A stretch of DNA of 64,000 bases from Vicugna vicugna. Taxonomy: Eukaryota. Shown one piece after another: positions 1-12,620 of this stretch. A program made the position numbers and the translations under genes. Below the pieces are notes generated by a model. That model was given only the letters and a program-made list of their open reading frames with translations, was not told where the DNA came from and did no database searches. Location: the NCBI GenBank assembly GCA_013265495.1, contig MU058000.1:1054001-1118000 (forward strand), written 5' to 3'. The first letter of the stretch is position 1. Every line of letters starts with the position of its first letter.

Positions 1-459
1 CAACATTTTTATTAATTTTTTTTTTCAGAGCTATCTTTCCACAAATGAAATGTAACAGGAATCTTTAGGCACCAGATTTGATAAGCCTAACAGGGACATG
101 GAATTTCACCAGTAGCTGTAACAAATGAGCAGGCAGCAAATGGGTCTTTAAACTCCAAAGAACCTCGTGGGATGGAGGGGATGGTGCTTTATTGTTGGTG
201 CAAGGCGCTAATTGGAAAGACCTAGGAGATCCACATTCTATTAATCACAAAAGGGACCTTGCCAGCTCCTGACGTGTGTGACTCCTTTTGGGCTGCAAGG
301 ATTCTGGTCCTAAGGGATAGAACCACAGTTTGAGTAGACATTTTTGTTTCTGCACAGTCTGATCTGTAGCATAGACTTTTGATGCCCCTTTTTACATAGA
401 CATCTCAGAATGCCTTAAAAATATTAGTTGATGGTCCTCTCAGGGGTCTGAGATGATAA

Positions 460-645
460 TAAAAGTTATTATTGATTAAATTCCTATGGCAAGATGCTTT
501 TCACGCATTTTTCTCTAAGCCTTATTACAATCTTGTAAAAGGGATCTTAGGACCTCTGTTTTACAGTTAAGGAAAGTAGCACTCAGGACAGACGAGTAAC
601 TTGTCCAAAGTCACATAGTTACTAAGCTGTAGAACTGGCATTTCT
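460..645 (-). mobile_element. MIR SINE fragment
   Basis: Degenerate reverse-complement MIR core (ttttacagttaaggaaagtagcactcagg...agtaacttgtccaaagtcacatagttactaag). Ends approximate. Confidence 0.75.
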
Positions 646-834
646 GGAAGATTCAACTGCAGCGTTGGTTGTTGGGGGAAGGGGAGTCACTAGTGCTCTC
701 CACATTTGGAAGATAAAGGGGAGATTAAGTTTGAGAAGAGATTGTTTGAAAAATTATGATTTCGTTAAAAACAGAGAATACCAAAACCAAAACCCACTTA
801 ATTACATTAAAATCACCTGATACATTATATAGTA

Positions 835-1092
835 TAGTACTTTTTAAACTGTACTTTGCAACCCAATAATGGGTCGTGAAATTTATTTGTTATGTCTCAA
901 ACACTTTAATTTTAGTGAGATAGAGTAGAATAAAATAAAATGGAAGAGAAAAATGCCAGAGGGCAACACATGGAGTAAAGATGAGCAGCTTCTGAAAACA
1001 CGTGTGCATATGTATGTATGTGTGTGTTGGGGCAAGAGGGAGAGCATATTACTTTACTGTGGATTATGGTGAAAAGAATATGAAAAATACTT
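835..1092. mobile_element. Old non-autonomous hAT-Charlie-type DNA transposon remnant
   Basis: Degenerate TIR-like ends (tagtactttttaaact / tatgaaaaatact) and internal gcaacccaataatgggtcgtgaaat...ttactgtggattatggtgaaaag resembling eutherian Charlie/MER MITEs. Subfamily not assigned. Confidence 0.5.
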
Positions 1093-1453
1093 AAGCGATC
1101 TCCTTAATAACCCTGACTCTCACCCATCCATTTTTAGAAATACATACCCCAGTCCTTCCCCTTAGAAGTAACTATTGCTGTCCCTGGGCGTGATGCATAG
1201 CCCACTCTCACAAGAACCTGAGGGCCAGAGAATTTCTTGGGATGAACTAAGCACTAGAGCAGTGACCCTGGGTGTTACAAACATTAATAGAGATAGAAAG
1301 ATGACTCCTAGGTTGATTGATCAAACCCTCTGATCTTGATTATCTTTGTCTTGGTTACTTGCTTTAATTTTGGTCATATTGCATTTGTGTGAGTGTGCTT
1401 ATAGAAGACCTCAATTGTTTATTTGAAGAAGGTATAATATAAACAAATAAACC

Positions 1454-2164
1454 TACAGCCATTATGGGAAACAGTACTGAGATTGTTCAAAAGACTAAAG
1501 ATAGACTTACCATTTGATCAGCAATCCCACTCCTGGGCATGTATCCAGAGGAAACTCTAATTCAAAAAGATATATGCACCCCAATGTTCACAGCAAAACG
1601 ATATACAATAGCTAGGACATGGTAGTGACCTAAATGTCCTTCGACAGATGACTGGATAAAGAAGCTGTGGTATATTTATACAAAGGAATACTACTCAACC
1701 ATAAAAAAGAATAAAATAACACCATTTGCAGCAACATGGATGGACCTAGAGATCGTCATTCTAAGTAAAATAAGCCAGAAAGATAAAGAAAAATACCACA
1801 TGATATCACTCATATGTGGAATCTAAAAAAACAAAAAAAGGACACTATGAACTCATCTACAAAACAGAAACAGACTTGCAGGCAGTAAACAATCTTATAG
1901 TTACCAGGGAGAGGGAGTGGGAAGGGATAAATTTGGGAGTTTGAGATTTATAAATGTTAGCCAGTATATATAAAAATAGATTTAAAAAAGTTTCTACTGT
2001 ATAGCACGGGGAACTATGTTCAATATCTTGTAATAACCTTTAATGAAAAAGAATATGAAAATGAATATGTACATATACATGTATATGCATGACTGGGACA
2101 TTGAGCGGTACACCAGAAATTGACACATTGTAACTGATGGTACTTCAATTAAAAAAAAAGAAGG
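1454..2164 (+). mobile_element. LINE-1, 5'-truncated 3' end (older lineage-specific subfamily)
   Basis: Decayed ORF2 C-terminus (cagcaatcccactcctgggc...ggaatctaa), 3'UTR and A-tail. Candidate TSD aacaaataaacc (1442-1453) / aacaaataaagc (2165-2176). 3'UTR differs from the copies at 19.5 kb and 62.4 kb. Confidence 0.92.
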
Positions 2165-2199
2165 AACAAATAAAGCAAATACACAGATATCAGTGTATC

Positions 2200-2370
2200 C
2201 GTTATTTATTTCATGAATGTTTACCTAGCACCTATTTGTGCTAGCCATTATGCTAAGTGCCAGAACTGGCACCGTTCTTGACGAGTTTATGTGGTTGTAG
2301 GAGAGGTAGACACATAGAAAAATAATAACATAAAAAATGGTATGCATTCTCTGGTTGATGTAAGTGCAGA
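2200..2370 (-). mobile_element. L2 LINE 3' fragment
   Basis: atttatttcatgaatgtttacctagcacctatttgtgctagccattatgctaagtgc matches the reverse complement of the L2 3' terminus. Confidence 0.65.
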
Positions 2371-2377
2371 ATGGCGC

Positions 2378-2718
2378 TGCTATGGACTGAATGTTTGTGT
2401 CCCCTCCAAGTTCATGTGTTAATGCCTAATCTCCAGACGATAGTATTTGCAAATGATAATTTGGGGAGGTAATTAAGTCATGAGGGTAAAACCCTCTTGA
2501 ATGGAATTAGTGCATTTATGAAAGAGACCACAAAGCGCTCTTTTTCTGCCATTAAGGATGCAAGAAGAAAATGGTCATCTGTGGACCAGGAAGCAGTCTC
2601 TCACCAGACACAGCATCTGTTAGTGCCTTGATCTCGGGCTCTCCAGTCAGCAGAATTGCAAGATATAAACGCCTGTTGTATGGCATTTTTGTTGTAGCTG
2701 CTCATGCGGGCTAAAACA
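2378..2718 (+). mobile_element. MLT1A/MLT1A0-like ERVL-MaLR solo LTR
   Basis: TG...CA termini. tgctatggactgaatgtttgtgtcccc start, ctctcaccagacac...gccttgatct core, tatggcatttttgttgtagc...ctaaaaca end. Decayed 5-bp flanks ggcgc/gacac. Confidence 0.88.
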
Positions 2719-2843
2719 GACACCCAACCCAGCATCTGTGTGAGCATGTCAGGTAAGTGTGTGGTGTATGGAGGCGGGGAAAGGAGCAAAGGCTTTGGTT
2801 ACAAAAGGTTTCTTGGAGGAAATGGTGTGGGAATCACCTAATG

Positions 2844-3030
2844 CAGTGGTTGTCAAGCCTCAGCATGCATAAAATTGTCTGGAGGACTTGTTGAAACACA
2901 GAACCCTGGACCCTACCTCCATGGTTTTTGATTCTGTAGATCTGAGATGGGGCCTGAAAATTTGCATTTATAACAAGTTCCCCAGGAGATGCTGTATTCT
3001 TGATCCAGGGACCATACTCTGGGGAACACT
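2844..3030 (-). mobile_element. MER5A hAT-Charlie MITE
   Basis: cagtggttgtcaag...tgattctgtagatctgagatggggcctgaaaatttgcatttataacaagttccccagg...ggggaacact equals the reverse complement of MER5A. Confidence 0.85.
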
Positions 3031-5978
3031 TTCAAAATGTTTTTAGCTGTAGACTTACCCCCTACCCCACCCCCACCACTTCCCTTTTGTTTTTTTTCAT
3101 GTGAAACCTTGTGTGCAATGTTCATGTGTAAAATAGACAAGAGTAGAGATGGCTGCAAGCAACGCTTAGTTTCTTCACCACTGGTGGCTTCTGAAACATC
3201 ATTAAGGAAATTATGAATCTAGAGGGAAATCTGGTTCCACAATTTGATACTTTTCTCTGTGGCATCTCTGTCTTTCTTTCAATCTGTCTCTCTGATAAAT
3301 CAAGTTGTTTGATAAAGAAGGCAGTCAAGTGATTTTGGAAGAGCCCTGTAGATCAGTGGGCAAAAGTTTTGGCAAAGAATATGTGGACTTGCGTTTGATT
3401 TCTCTTTTACAAAAATAGTGTGGTGATTAGGTGTGTTCTTGGATGTCTTTCACCATATCTTGCCTATTGAGCCTTTATTCAATCAAGTGTGGCATTTTCA
3501 TATGAGATCTACAGTTATGAGCACCCCATCAAGAATTATTCGGATGATTGCTCTGTGTGTTAATAACATAGATCAGAGAAAAATGCTTTGGGTCAAAAAC
3601 AGCACAGTTTGGAAACTCTTTCTTTGATGGCTATCTGGAATTAGTTCACAGTAAGGTATTATCTGCCTTAGCATCTTAAAGAAAGGTATTGATGCCTAGC
3701 ATCTTAAAGAAAGTGGAAAAATTGACCAATTTATCCAGATATCTAGGATGTTAGAAAAGGCTTACAATTGATTGAGGTATTCCTTGTCCTTCCAGATGTT
3801 CTGCATCACAGGGCAAATGCAGTTCATTTGTTAAGTTAAAAACTGGTTGTAGTATAATTATTTGAATCCATGCTAATGATCTGTAACTATAATTATTAAA
3901 TAACATTTTAGTGTCTTCATTTTCATCATTGGTTGAAATGAAGACTCTAGCAGACAAAAAAAAAAAGACAAATGCCTTCCTATTTTGGAAAAGAAAAACT
4001 CTTGAAAGCTTGTTTTGGGATTATTCCAAGTTTTACTTTATTCTTAGATTATTTATACTGTCTTGGTGGGAACATTAGCATATCTATCAAACATGGAGGA
4101 TTTGCAAAAGCCCAGAGTTCCAACCAAATTTTAATAAATACTGAGAAGCTTGGAGGCTTAGCTGAAACTTGTCCAAACTTTTTGTCTGATTCGGGACTTT
4201 GCAAGCCTCATCTATTATGATACTTGGCTCTTCTATCTAAAATCAAAAAAAAAAAAACAAAAACAACAACAACAAAGGCAAATCAATATAAAAAGTGATT
4301 ATTAAATAAAATACAATACACATTTCATGAAATGTCTGGGTCCAAACTACTTCCACAGTTTGGGGAAACATTTTATGCAATTTGCTATGTCTGTCTCTGA
4401 TGTTGATGTTATTTTATTTGGATTTAAGTCTGAGGTCCAATCAGACTTAAAGTCTGATGTTCGTTTGTAACATCACCAAGTCTTCAATTATACGAGACCT
4501 GAAATGGTGGGACCAGAGATTACCCATTGCTAATTTGCATCTGTATTTCATTTTTCTAAAACCAACTGGTGACATTGGGGGTGCAGATGGTGGTTAGTGT
4601 ATTTTAACACTCCAGAAAAGGGGCACTTTCGCCAGGAAGACATCTGGGAGAGATCCATCAGTGGTCATAGATTCAAAAAAGCGTTCACATACTCTTTTGG
4701 AGTTGACAGAGATGTGTGAAAACCTAACACATCTGGAAGACGACCAATCCTTACAGTTAGTCGACATCTGGGAATGTAACCACCCGGGGTGGACAAAACT
4801 GGCAATTAAACATGATGGAAGTTCACCATCTACAGACAATTACAGAGTAACCGCTTGTGAGTTATGAGGACACACATACATCTTGCGTGCTATAATGAGC
4901 CATTAGCGCCCAGCTTGCGTGAGTTAGAAGGCATCAGAACGCTGAGGTACGTATGGAGTTGTTTTCAGAAGTTTTCCCAATTTGTTTTTCTTTCAGAGCA
5001 ATGTATAAAACCACACTGTAAATTCAGACAAAGCAAAACAAAAAGTTTAGCCTCTCTAAACTTCCTCACTCCTTATCCTTCATGTTTTAACTTGTGATTT
5101 TCATTTTCTGGCTTCATTCTCATTCTCAAGCCATTTATTTTTGTGTGTCTGAGTGTTAAATACCAACATTGTTGCTACTTCTCCTGGGTCCTTCTTCAGA
5201 TGCATTTTATTACCCTTTAGGCAATTTCAGATGTCCCATAACAGTAGCCAGTATCTACATTTCATTCTGTTTTAAACATTGAAAATAATTCACTTTGCTT
5301 TGATAACCATTAAATATTACTCTTCAGAAGCACACAGGTAAGAACAATAAAAATGATTAACAGCTTCACTGTTTTCTGTGATTTTTATACTCCACTCTGT
5401 CCCTCCCCCCACCATTTTTGGTCCAAGTTTCTCCCTGAGATTTTTGTAACTCAAAAGACCTAGCACCAAACTATGTAAGAGACAGGCTGTTTTGACTTTC
5501 AGCTTTCTCATCTTTCCTTTCCTAGAACAAGAAAATCAGCGGTTTGTAGCTAAATGAGAAAGAAATCTGACTTTACTGCTGAGGCAGAATTTGCTCAAGT
5601 AGAAAGAAGTCGTTTTGTTGTCTGCAGTCCGTGGCTAAATATAGTCAGGTTCATGGAAGGTAGTCCCACTACTTCTTGTTCAACAAAATTGTTACAACAT
5701 CCTGCAAATGTTTCAAGATGAAGGAAGTAAAGTTATGAAAAACTTTAACTGTGTCCTCTATAAGCTAATTCTAAAGTGAATCTTTGTGGAGAGTGTCCAT
5801 GGAACAAATTCTCAATGTCATCGAAATAATAGAATTAGTGATCTTATTGATGGTGCCTTTAAAATCAGATTCTTCCACCAGCAAGTAGAAAAGGGAACCA
5901 CGAGAATGAAAAATTCCCAAAAAACTCAGAGCTTAGAAAGAGAACCATAAACTTGGTAGTATTTGATAGTATTTAAAC

Positions 5979-6178
5979 TAGAAGTCTAAAAACTTTTTCT
6001 TAAAAGTCCAGCAAGGTAAAATTTATTTGCAGCTTTGTGGCCATATGGCTTCTATTGCGTTTCTATCATTGTGGTGCAAAAGAAGGCATAGATAATACTG
6101 AACAAATGAACATGCATTCCAACAACATTTTATTTATAAAACAAGTGTAACTTGAGGGGTGTAGTTTGCTAATCCTTG
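5979..6178 (-). mobile_element. MER58A hAT-Charlie MITE with perfect 8-bp TSD
   Basis: MER58A-like body (aaactttttct...gctttgtggccatatgg...ttttatttataaaacaag...gtagtttgct...ccttg), flanked by atttaaac at 5971-5978 and 6179-6186 (hAT-type 8-bp TSD). Confidence 0.88.
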
Positions 6179-7466
6179 ATTTAAACACTAATTTAGGGAA
6201 AATAGAGAGAGAAAAAAAAACTTCGAACTACTGTGAGGTATTGAGTTAAAACTCCAGGAGAAAAAAAAAAAGGGTAACTCTTTGATCACCAGAACTTGTA
6301 TGCAGCCTTATTCTTTATTGAGATGTGCTTTTTGGAAAAAGAGAAAGGCATAGAACCACAATTAAGGTGAGTGTAGTTAGTTTAATTCTTTCATGCTTTC
6401 TTCTGCTCTCTTCTCTTCTTTGCCTTTCTTCTTTTTTGTTCTCATTTCAATTTTCCCCTTTATTGTTTTCCATAAAATTTTAGACTTGTGTACATGTCAC
6501 TTTCCCATATCTATTCCATGAAAATGCTTGGGCTATTCTGATAGATAGTTAGCATTTAGTCCTGGCTTGATTTTCGTGTAGAATGGGAGTGGAAGAACAC
6601 ATTAGCCTTAAGAAACAAACTTTTTTAGCCAATTTAAACAGTTTACATGTTTGGCGGCAATGAGGAAAAACAGATCTGCATCTCAACACGCTTTCCTATC
6701 GCTGCTTCAATGACCAAGAGTCTACAATCAATTACACGACACAACATTGTCTAATTGCTGGACTGTGTATGTATGTGAGGCTATCATAACAGATTAGCTC
6801 CTGCTACGATAAAATCATCATGTGGAAAACTCTCTGCCTTCCAGATACAGGCTTCTGCCAAACCGTTTGATCAATGTTACAGACTTTCTAGGCATTTATA
6901 CTCAGAAAAGTGACTGTAGAAAAACAGCAGCCTCACATTCAGCACACTTGCCCTCTCTCCTTGCTTCAAGTCACATCTGCTGATTTCATGGTTTGACACT
7001 TCTTTTTACTCTTGTTAGCTCTGTTGAGCCTGTTGGATCCTATCTGGCCTCCCAGCCTCACACACTAAATCAACCAAGTTCAGATCAGGCTCTCTGCTAA
7101 GCAGGAAGAAAAAAGCACAGAAGGGGCATAGAGCCCTTATACTGAACTCTGGTAGACTTGGAGAATAGTTGCCCAAGTTGATTATTTGAATCTTGAACCC
7201 AACAAACTTGCCTGGGACTCAGAGTCATATTGGGGAAAGGGCAGTATTGAATTGGACGTGCTTTAAGCCACACACGTAACCACAGGTATAGATAGGATCT
7301 CAAGCAAGACACAAAGTGTCTTGGGTCCTTCGGTTTTTACAGAATAAGGAAGATGGATTGGGAAGTTTTTGAGGATATATTTCCATTTTATATCCCAAGA
7401 ATTGCAGATGACATCTTGTGAAGATTCTTTTTTGACTCTAAACTTAATAGCAGTGCATTTAATTAC

Positions 7467-7995
7467 TGTTCTAGTTGTCTATTGTATAACAACCTACCCC
7501 CAAATTTTGTGGCTTAAAACAGCAGCAGCATGTATTTTTCCTACACATCCGTAGTTTGGGTCAGAATCTGTAAGGAGTCATTCTCTCCCACTTAGCATCA
7601 GCTAAGTCATCTCAAAGGCTGGAATCACCGAAAGGCTTGCTCGTCATACACTTGGCAGTTGATATTTGCTGTTAGCTGGAACTTTAGCTGGGACTGCTGG
7701 CTGGAGCATCTTTGTGTGGCATTTTCATTTGTCCTGAGCCTCCTTACATGGTAGCTGGGTTCCAAGGGCAAGCATCTAGATAGAGAGAGCCAGGAAGCAG
7801 CTCTATCGCTTTTATGAGCTAATCTTGGAATCATACAGAGTCCTTCTCATCACGTTCTGTTTGTCAAGGAAGTTACAAAGGTATGCCCAGTTTAAAGGGA
7901 AAGGAAAAATTGATAGGGGTGTGGCAAGGTGGTGGGGGAGCAAGTGGGACTGGAAGTATTACTGTGGCCATTTTTGGAAAATACATTCACATTCA
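7467..7995 (-). mobile_element. MLT1F/G/H-like ERVL-MaLR solo LTR
   Basis: ctattgtataacaacctacccccaaattttgtggcttaaaacag at one end and tgtggccatttttggaaaatac at the other match the reverse complement of older MLT1 LTRs. Confidence 0.82.
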
Positions 7996-8149
7996 GGTTG
8001 TAACAAGTGCTTATCTTTGAATAGAACTGCTCTGGAGTAGATGTGCTAATATCAGTGCTTGGGAACTCAGATTCCTCATCAATAATTAAAAAAGAAAGAA
8101 ATTAAGTGATTCTATATCCCAAAGTCTCTGCTTAATATCCCTGTATGCT

Positions 8150-8315
8150 TTATCTCATTTAACCATTATTTTTACAGATGAGGAAACTGAGGCAGGAGGA
8201 GTTCAAGTAACTTGCTTAAGCTCTCATAGCAGGCAAGTGTGCAGTGGAAAGTGGACTTCAGAATCATGCCCATCTAGTTCCAAACCTTTGCCTCCTCTGC
8301 TACCCCATACCGCCT
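8150..8315 (-). mobile_element. MIR SINE
   Basis: tttttacagatgaggaaactgaggc core followed by aagtaacttgct. Confidence 0.85.
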
Positions 8316-10584
8316 CACACGTAAAACTCTTGTTCTCATGGCTCAGCTTTATTTTTTTGTGGCAGTTGAAAGAGGGTAAAATGCAGATGAGATTTTAGGT
8401 AAGACTTAAAAGGGAGGAGAGTTACCAGATATTTTAACACTTAAAATGACTCCATATCTAAAGTTAATCTTTGCACAAGAGTTGACAGTTAATATGTGGC
8501 TTCTTTTTTTTTTTTTTTTGCTCTTGCACTGGAGAAGGCAAAGAAGGATGATATCCTGGCTGTTATTGGAACCTAAAGACTGGGAAAAATGCTGAGGCAT
8601 GTCTCTGATTCATAGCTGACAATGTGCATGACCATAGTGTGAATACACAAGTATATGTGAGACAGTTCATTGAGGGTTAATGATGAATAAGTGTATAAAT
8701 TGTCTTCAGAGTCGGATGTGAGGACATGGAAGAGTAGACCAAAGTTGGCCAGTGGTCTGGACTAAAAAGTAGTCAAGGAGTTGTTGCCAAAGGTTGGGCT
8801 TCTGTATGTGGGCCAGGCCCATGGAAGAGAATGGAATGTCTTTGCTTGTCCCTGGATTAGGTTCTGCTATGAAATTTATGTGTCAGGCAGCTTTAATAGA
8901 TGCCTTCGTGAAAGGCTCTCTGCTTACACATCCTTTAATGGTCACTTACCCCACTCATTCAGTAAAAACAAACACACAACAAGAAAACAAAAAGTAGCTA
9001 ACTTGATCCAATAATCTTTCAGCATATTTGGCACTGACGTGACCCCACCAACTGTGTTATGGCATCATGTGAACATAGTCTTATATAAGTTTTCATGCCT
9101 GTAGCCTGTGCTTCCTCCCCTCACCTCCATCAGCTATAGAGAAATCTATGGTCTTTAGGAAATTTATTTTAAGAATTTTTGTTTTGTGTTAACAATGGGG
9201 TAGCTGATAAAAGACCATCCTGGGTCTGGTTGAAGAAAAATTTTGCCTTGCTTTCTGCATCAACACACTGCCTTAGTACAAATGGTCTCCCAAGGACAAT
9301 TTGTAGGTCTTAGCTGTGGGTTTTTTTTTCTCATGTGCTTGCAACAATTTCAATTGAAATTGCTATGAGCTATGTGTTCATAGCTCAACATCTGGAAGCA
9401 CATTTGGCTTCATTGTTGGAAAACAAATTAGCGTCTCAGATCATGCACAAGGGGCTGACCTTGTACTGGACAGCAGTGACCGTGCATTCACTTGATAGAC
9501 CAGTCTTCTTTGACACGTGGGAAGAAGCCGAAATGCATCTCTTTTATGGCATTAGTGCTCATCTCTCAAAACAGCCTGAATCTACTTACTATAAACTGGA
9601 CATTTGCCCTAAGACATGGAGCAAAAGATGACACTAATTGGAAGCTGGCATCCTGGAAAACATTGTCGGAGTCATCTCCTGCAGGAAGGTAACCCTTAGC
9701 CTGTGCCAGCACGGAACCGTGGGCTCCATGGACCTGCCTGTGTCTGCTCACACCTGTTTCAACACGAATGCCAACAAATGGGGGGTCAGGAGAAATTAGA
9801 TACACAGAGCTTTTGGGAAGCCACAGAAGTCACAGGCCCTTTGAAAGTCCTTAGGAATTATAATAGATTGGACAAGGAGGTGATGCCCTATGTAGATGTA
9901 TTTGGCTGTGATCATGAGCACTGAGAATCCCACATGAAGCACCAATCTGAACAAACTGAACAGTGAAGAAAAAAAAGGTTTAAGGATCCAGGAACTGATA
10001 CCATGAAAGAGACAGAGAATCTATGTTACTGGTAAGTTTTATTTTTATTTCAGCCTTTTCTTTTTAAATTAGGGATGATGTAAAAATATGCAGGTAGAAA
10101 TGTATTGTGTTGGAATAAATAAATAGACATACACACTAGTATCTTGTGCTGTTTCATGGATTGGGGCAGATTGTAAGTCAAATCATAGTCCAAGATATGC
10201 AAATTTTATATAAATTGCACATATAAAACCTGACATCACATTTAGCATAAAAGTGGGTGTTAATCCTAACTATGAAACACCAGTAATATAAAGTGATTAC
10301 ACTTTGTGATCACATGTGTCTTACTTTATCTCTTTACTTTCCTCTCGTAAAGAGCTCTCAAAACTTTTAATTATATGGGACTGCATAAGATGCAGACGTG
10401 AGGGATAGATATAGATGACTCTATGTAGCCAGGAGAGACACTGCTTCTTTCCCACTATGGCATATGAATTCCTTTTCCTACTATTCAGTTAGTTCAACAA
10501 AAGTGTATTAGGATTCCATTTGGTGTCAGACACTGTGTGCTAAGACACTTGGGATACAAAATATTTAGGCCACTTTTAGCAGTT

Positions 10585-11090
10585 TCCCAGGTTACTGCAC
10601 CAGTGTCTTAGTCAGGGATCTTGTTTCTGGTCTAACCACTTCATCATTACACTTTCTCCCAACTTGTTCTTCAAAGTACAGATTGAGTCATCCCTCTAAA
10701 ATGTAAATTCTATTACACTACATCCATGAATAAAATTCTTTAGTGGCTATAAGTTGCCCTCAGAATACAGTCCTGGCTCCTAGGCAGGACACCTGAGGTT
10801 CTCATGAGTGGGCTACTGCTTGCCCTCCAGCCTCATCTTTGGCCACCCCTCAGCATGCCTCTGATTTGATGCCACCATTAAACAGAACTACTTGTAATTG
10901 CCTGAAAGCACTATGTGCTTCCTTATCTCTAGGTCATTGCAAAAGGTGCTCTCTCAACCTGGATTACGTCCTGCCCCTCTTTGTGAGGTCAGTGGCTACT
11001 CATCTTTCCTGGCTTCATTGAAATGCCACTTCCTTTGGGGAGCTTTTTGTAACTTTCCTTCTACACTGCTGCAGCCCCCATCAGCTTATT
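10585..11090 (+). mobile_element. L2 LINE fragment
   Basis: ctaaaatgtaaattc...ttctttagtggct...tgccctcagaatacagtcc...ctccagcctcatct motifs typical of the L2 3' region. Confidence 0.65.
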
Positions 11091-12583
11091 TAAATAACCA
11101 TCTGGTTAAATAAAATGATTTATATTATTATCCACTAGTACAGTTATCACTCTTTGGATTAAAGTGTAATAAATCTGTGCACTCCAGCTCTTTGTTTTGC
11201 CAGTGTCTTGTGCATACACCATGAATATTATAGCTGGGTGCACATTCTCATACTCACTGAGCACTTAACTATGGTCAGGAATAGGTTTTCCCTTATTATT
11301 TTATCTTTAAAACAAGTCTAAATGCTAGATATTATTGCCATTATCTCATCTTCAGCTACATTTAATTAATTTCCCCAGGCATTTAGAATAGCAGAACTAG
11401 CGTTTAAGCCCTGATCTGTTAGACATCAGAACCTGTTTCACTCTCTCTTAAGATACAGTATAAAAAGTTCCTTTTCTCTACCTCTCACTTACTTAACTTT
11501 AAACTTTTTGAGGTTAGGAATAATGTTTTAATCATAGTTACAGCTCCAGCACATAGTACAATGTCTTTCATGCAACACATTTTGAGGACACGGAGACTGA
11601 ATAGGGAGGCCTTTGCACCTACCCTTAAGTTGCTCATAGAACTAGAGGGCAGGCATCTAAAAGTAAAATTTTGACATAATAAGATGAATACACTATTATA
11701 GATAGGCAAGGGTTACTGTGAGAGTGAAGAGGAGGGACATAGAGCCCAGACTTCAACGGCTTGGTTTCCTAAAACAGGTGATGCCTACATTGAATGTGAA
11801 CACACTAACTTCTTAGACGCATTCCCACTAAATGTGTATCTAGAGGAAATTCAAGTAATATAATCCTCTCCATGACAAAAAATGAAAGATAAACTCCAGT
11901 CATATTTTTGAAACATTTAGCATGTGGCAGATGAGGCGTGGAGCTATTGGTTATGTTTTTGTAAAAAAGAATTCCATAAGCTGATATACCATTGTTAAAT
12001 TACTATTAAGAAATGGTAACATGTTAGGGTCAAGGGCTGGATTTTAAAATTTCTATTTGGCTTTTTTCATGTGACAAATGATTATTAGAGTCTGGCTGAG
12101 TAAAAACTGTAAGTCTTCAAGTAATATGAACTTGAAAGAACCCCCTCAATTTTGTTTAATTTTTCAAGTACATAGAAACATTACCATTTCTGTCATATCC
12201 AGACTAAAGTCTGTTAGAACCTATTTGCATGACCTCTTGTCCTCATTCTTTTCATCTTTGCAAAGAAGCGGCCGGGTTGTAGACTCCTGGAGGGTCTTTC
12301 AAGCTCTAGTAGACTGTGATCTTCAGTTTTGTCAGTGATTTACTCTGAGATCATAGTAAAATGTCCACTGTTTTAGTAAATATGGATAATCATATGCTGA
12401 ATAGGAAAGGTAGTATTGTAGGTCATGTGTTCACAACTTTGGGCTAAACCCCAAGGACTTCTAACCTGAATTCAAATGAGCTCCTGAGATGGGTGTACCT
12501 GATTTCTGAAGGTCACTGACACCTATGTCAAAGTGAAGGCTGCTGTCCTTGGTGCTGACAGTGATGTTTCCATTGATAGTGTC

Positions 12584-12620
12584 TGAGTGAGTGAGTGTGT
12601 GTGTGTGTGTGAGAGAGAGA
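12584..12620. repeat. Compound microsatellite (TGAG)n(TG)n(GA)n
   Basis: Seen directly. Confidence 0.9.

Noticed and set aside
8944..8995. Minus-strand U/G-rich tract, then GAG|TGGG|GTAAGT (possible 4-nt microexon)
   Set aside because: GAG acceptor is weak, the length is not frame-preserving and there are no partner exons.
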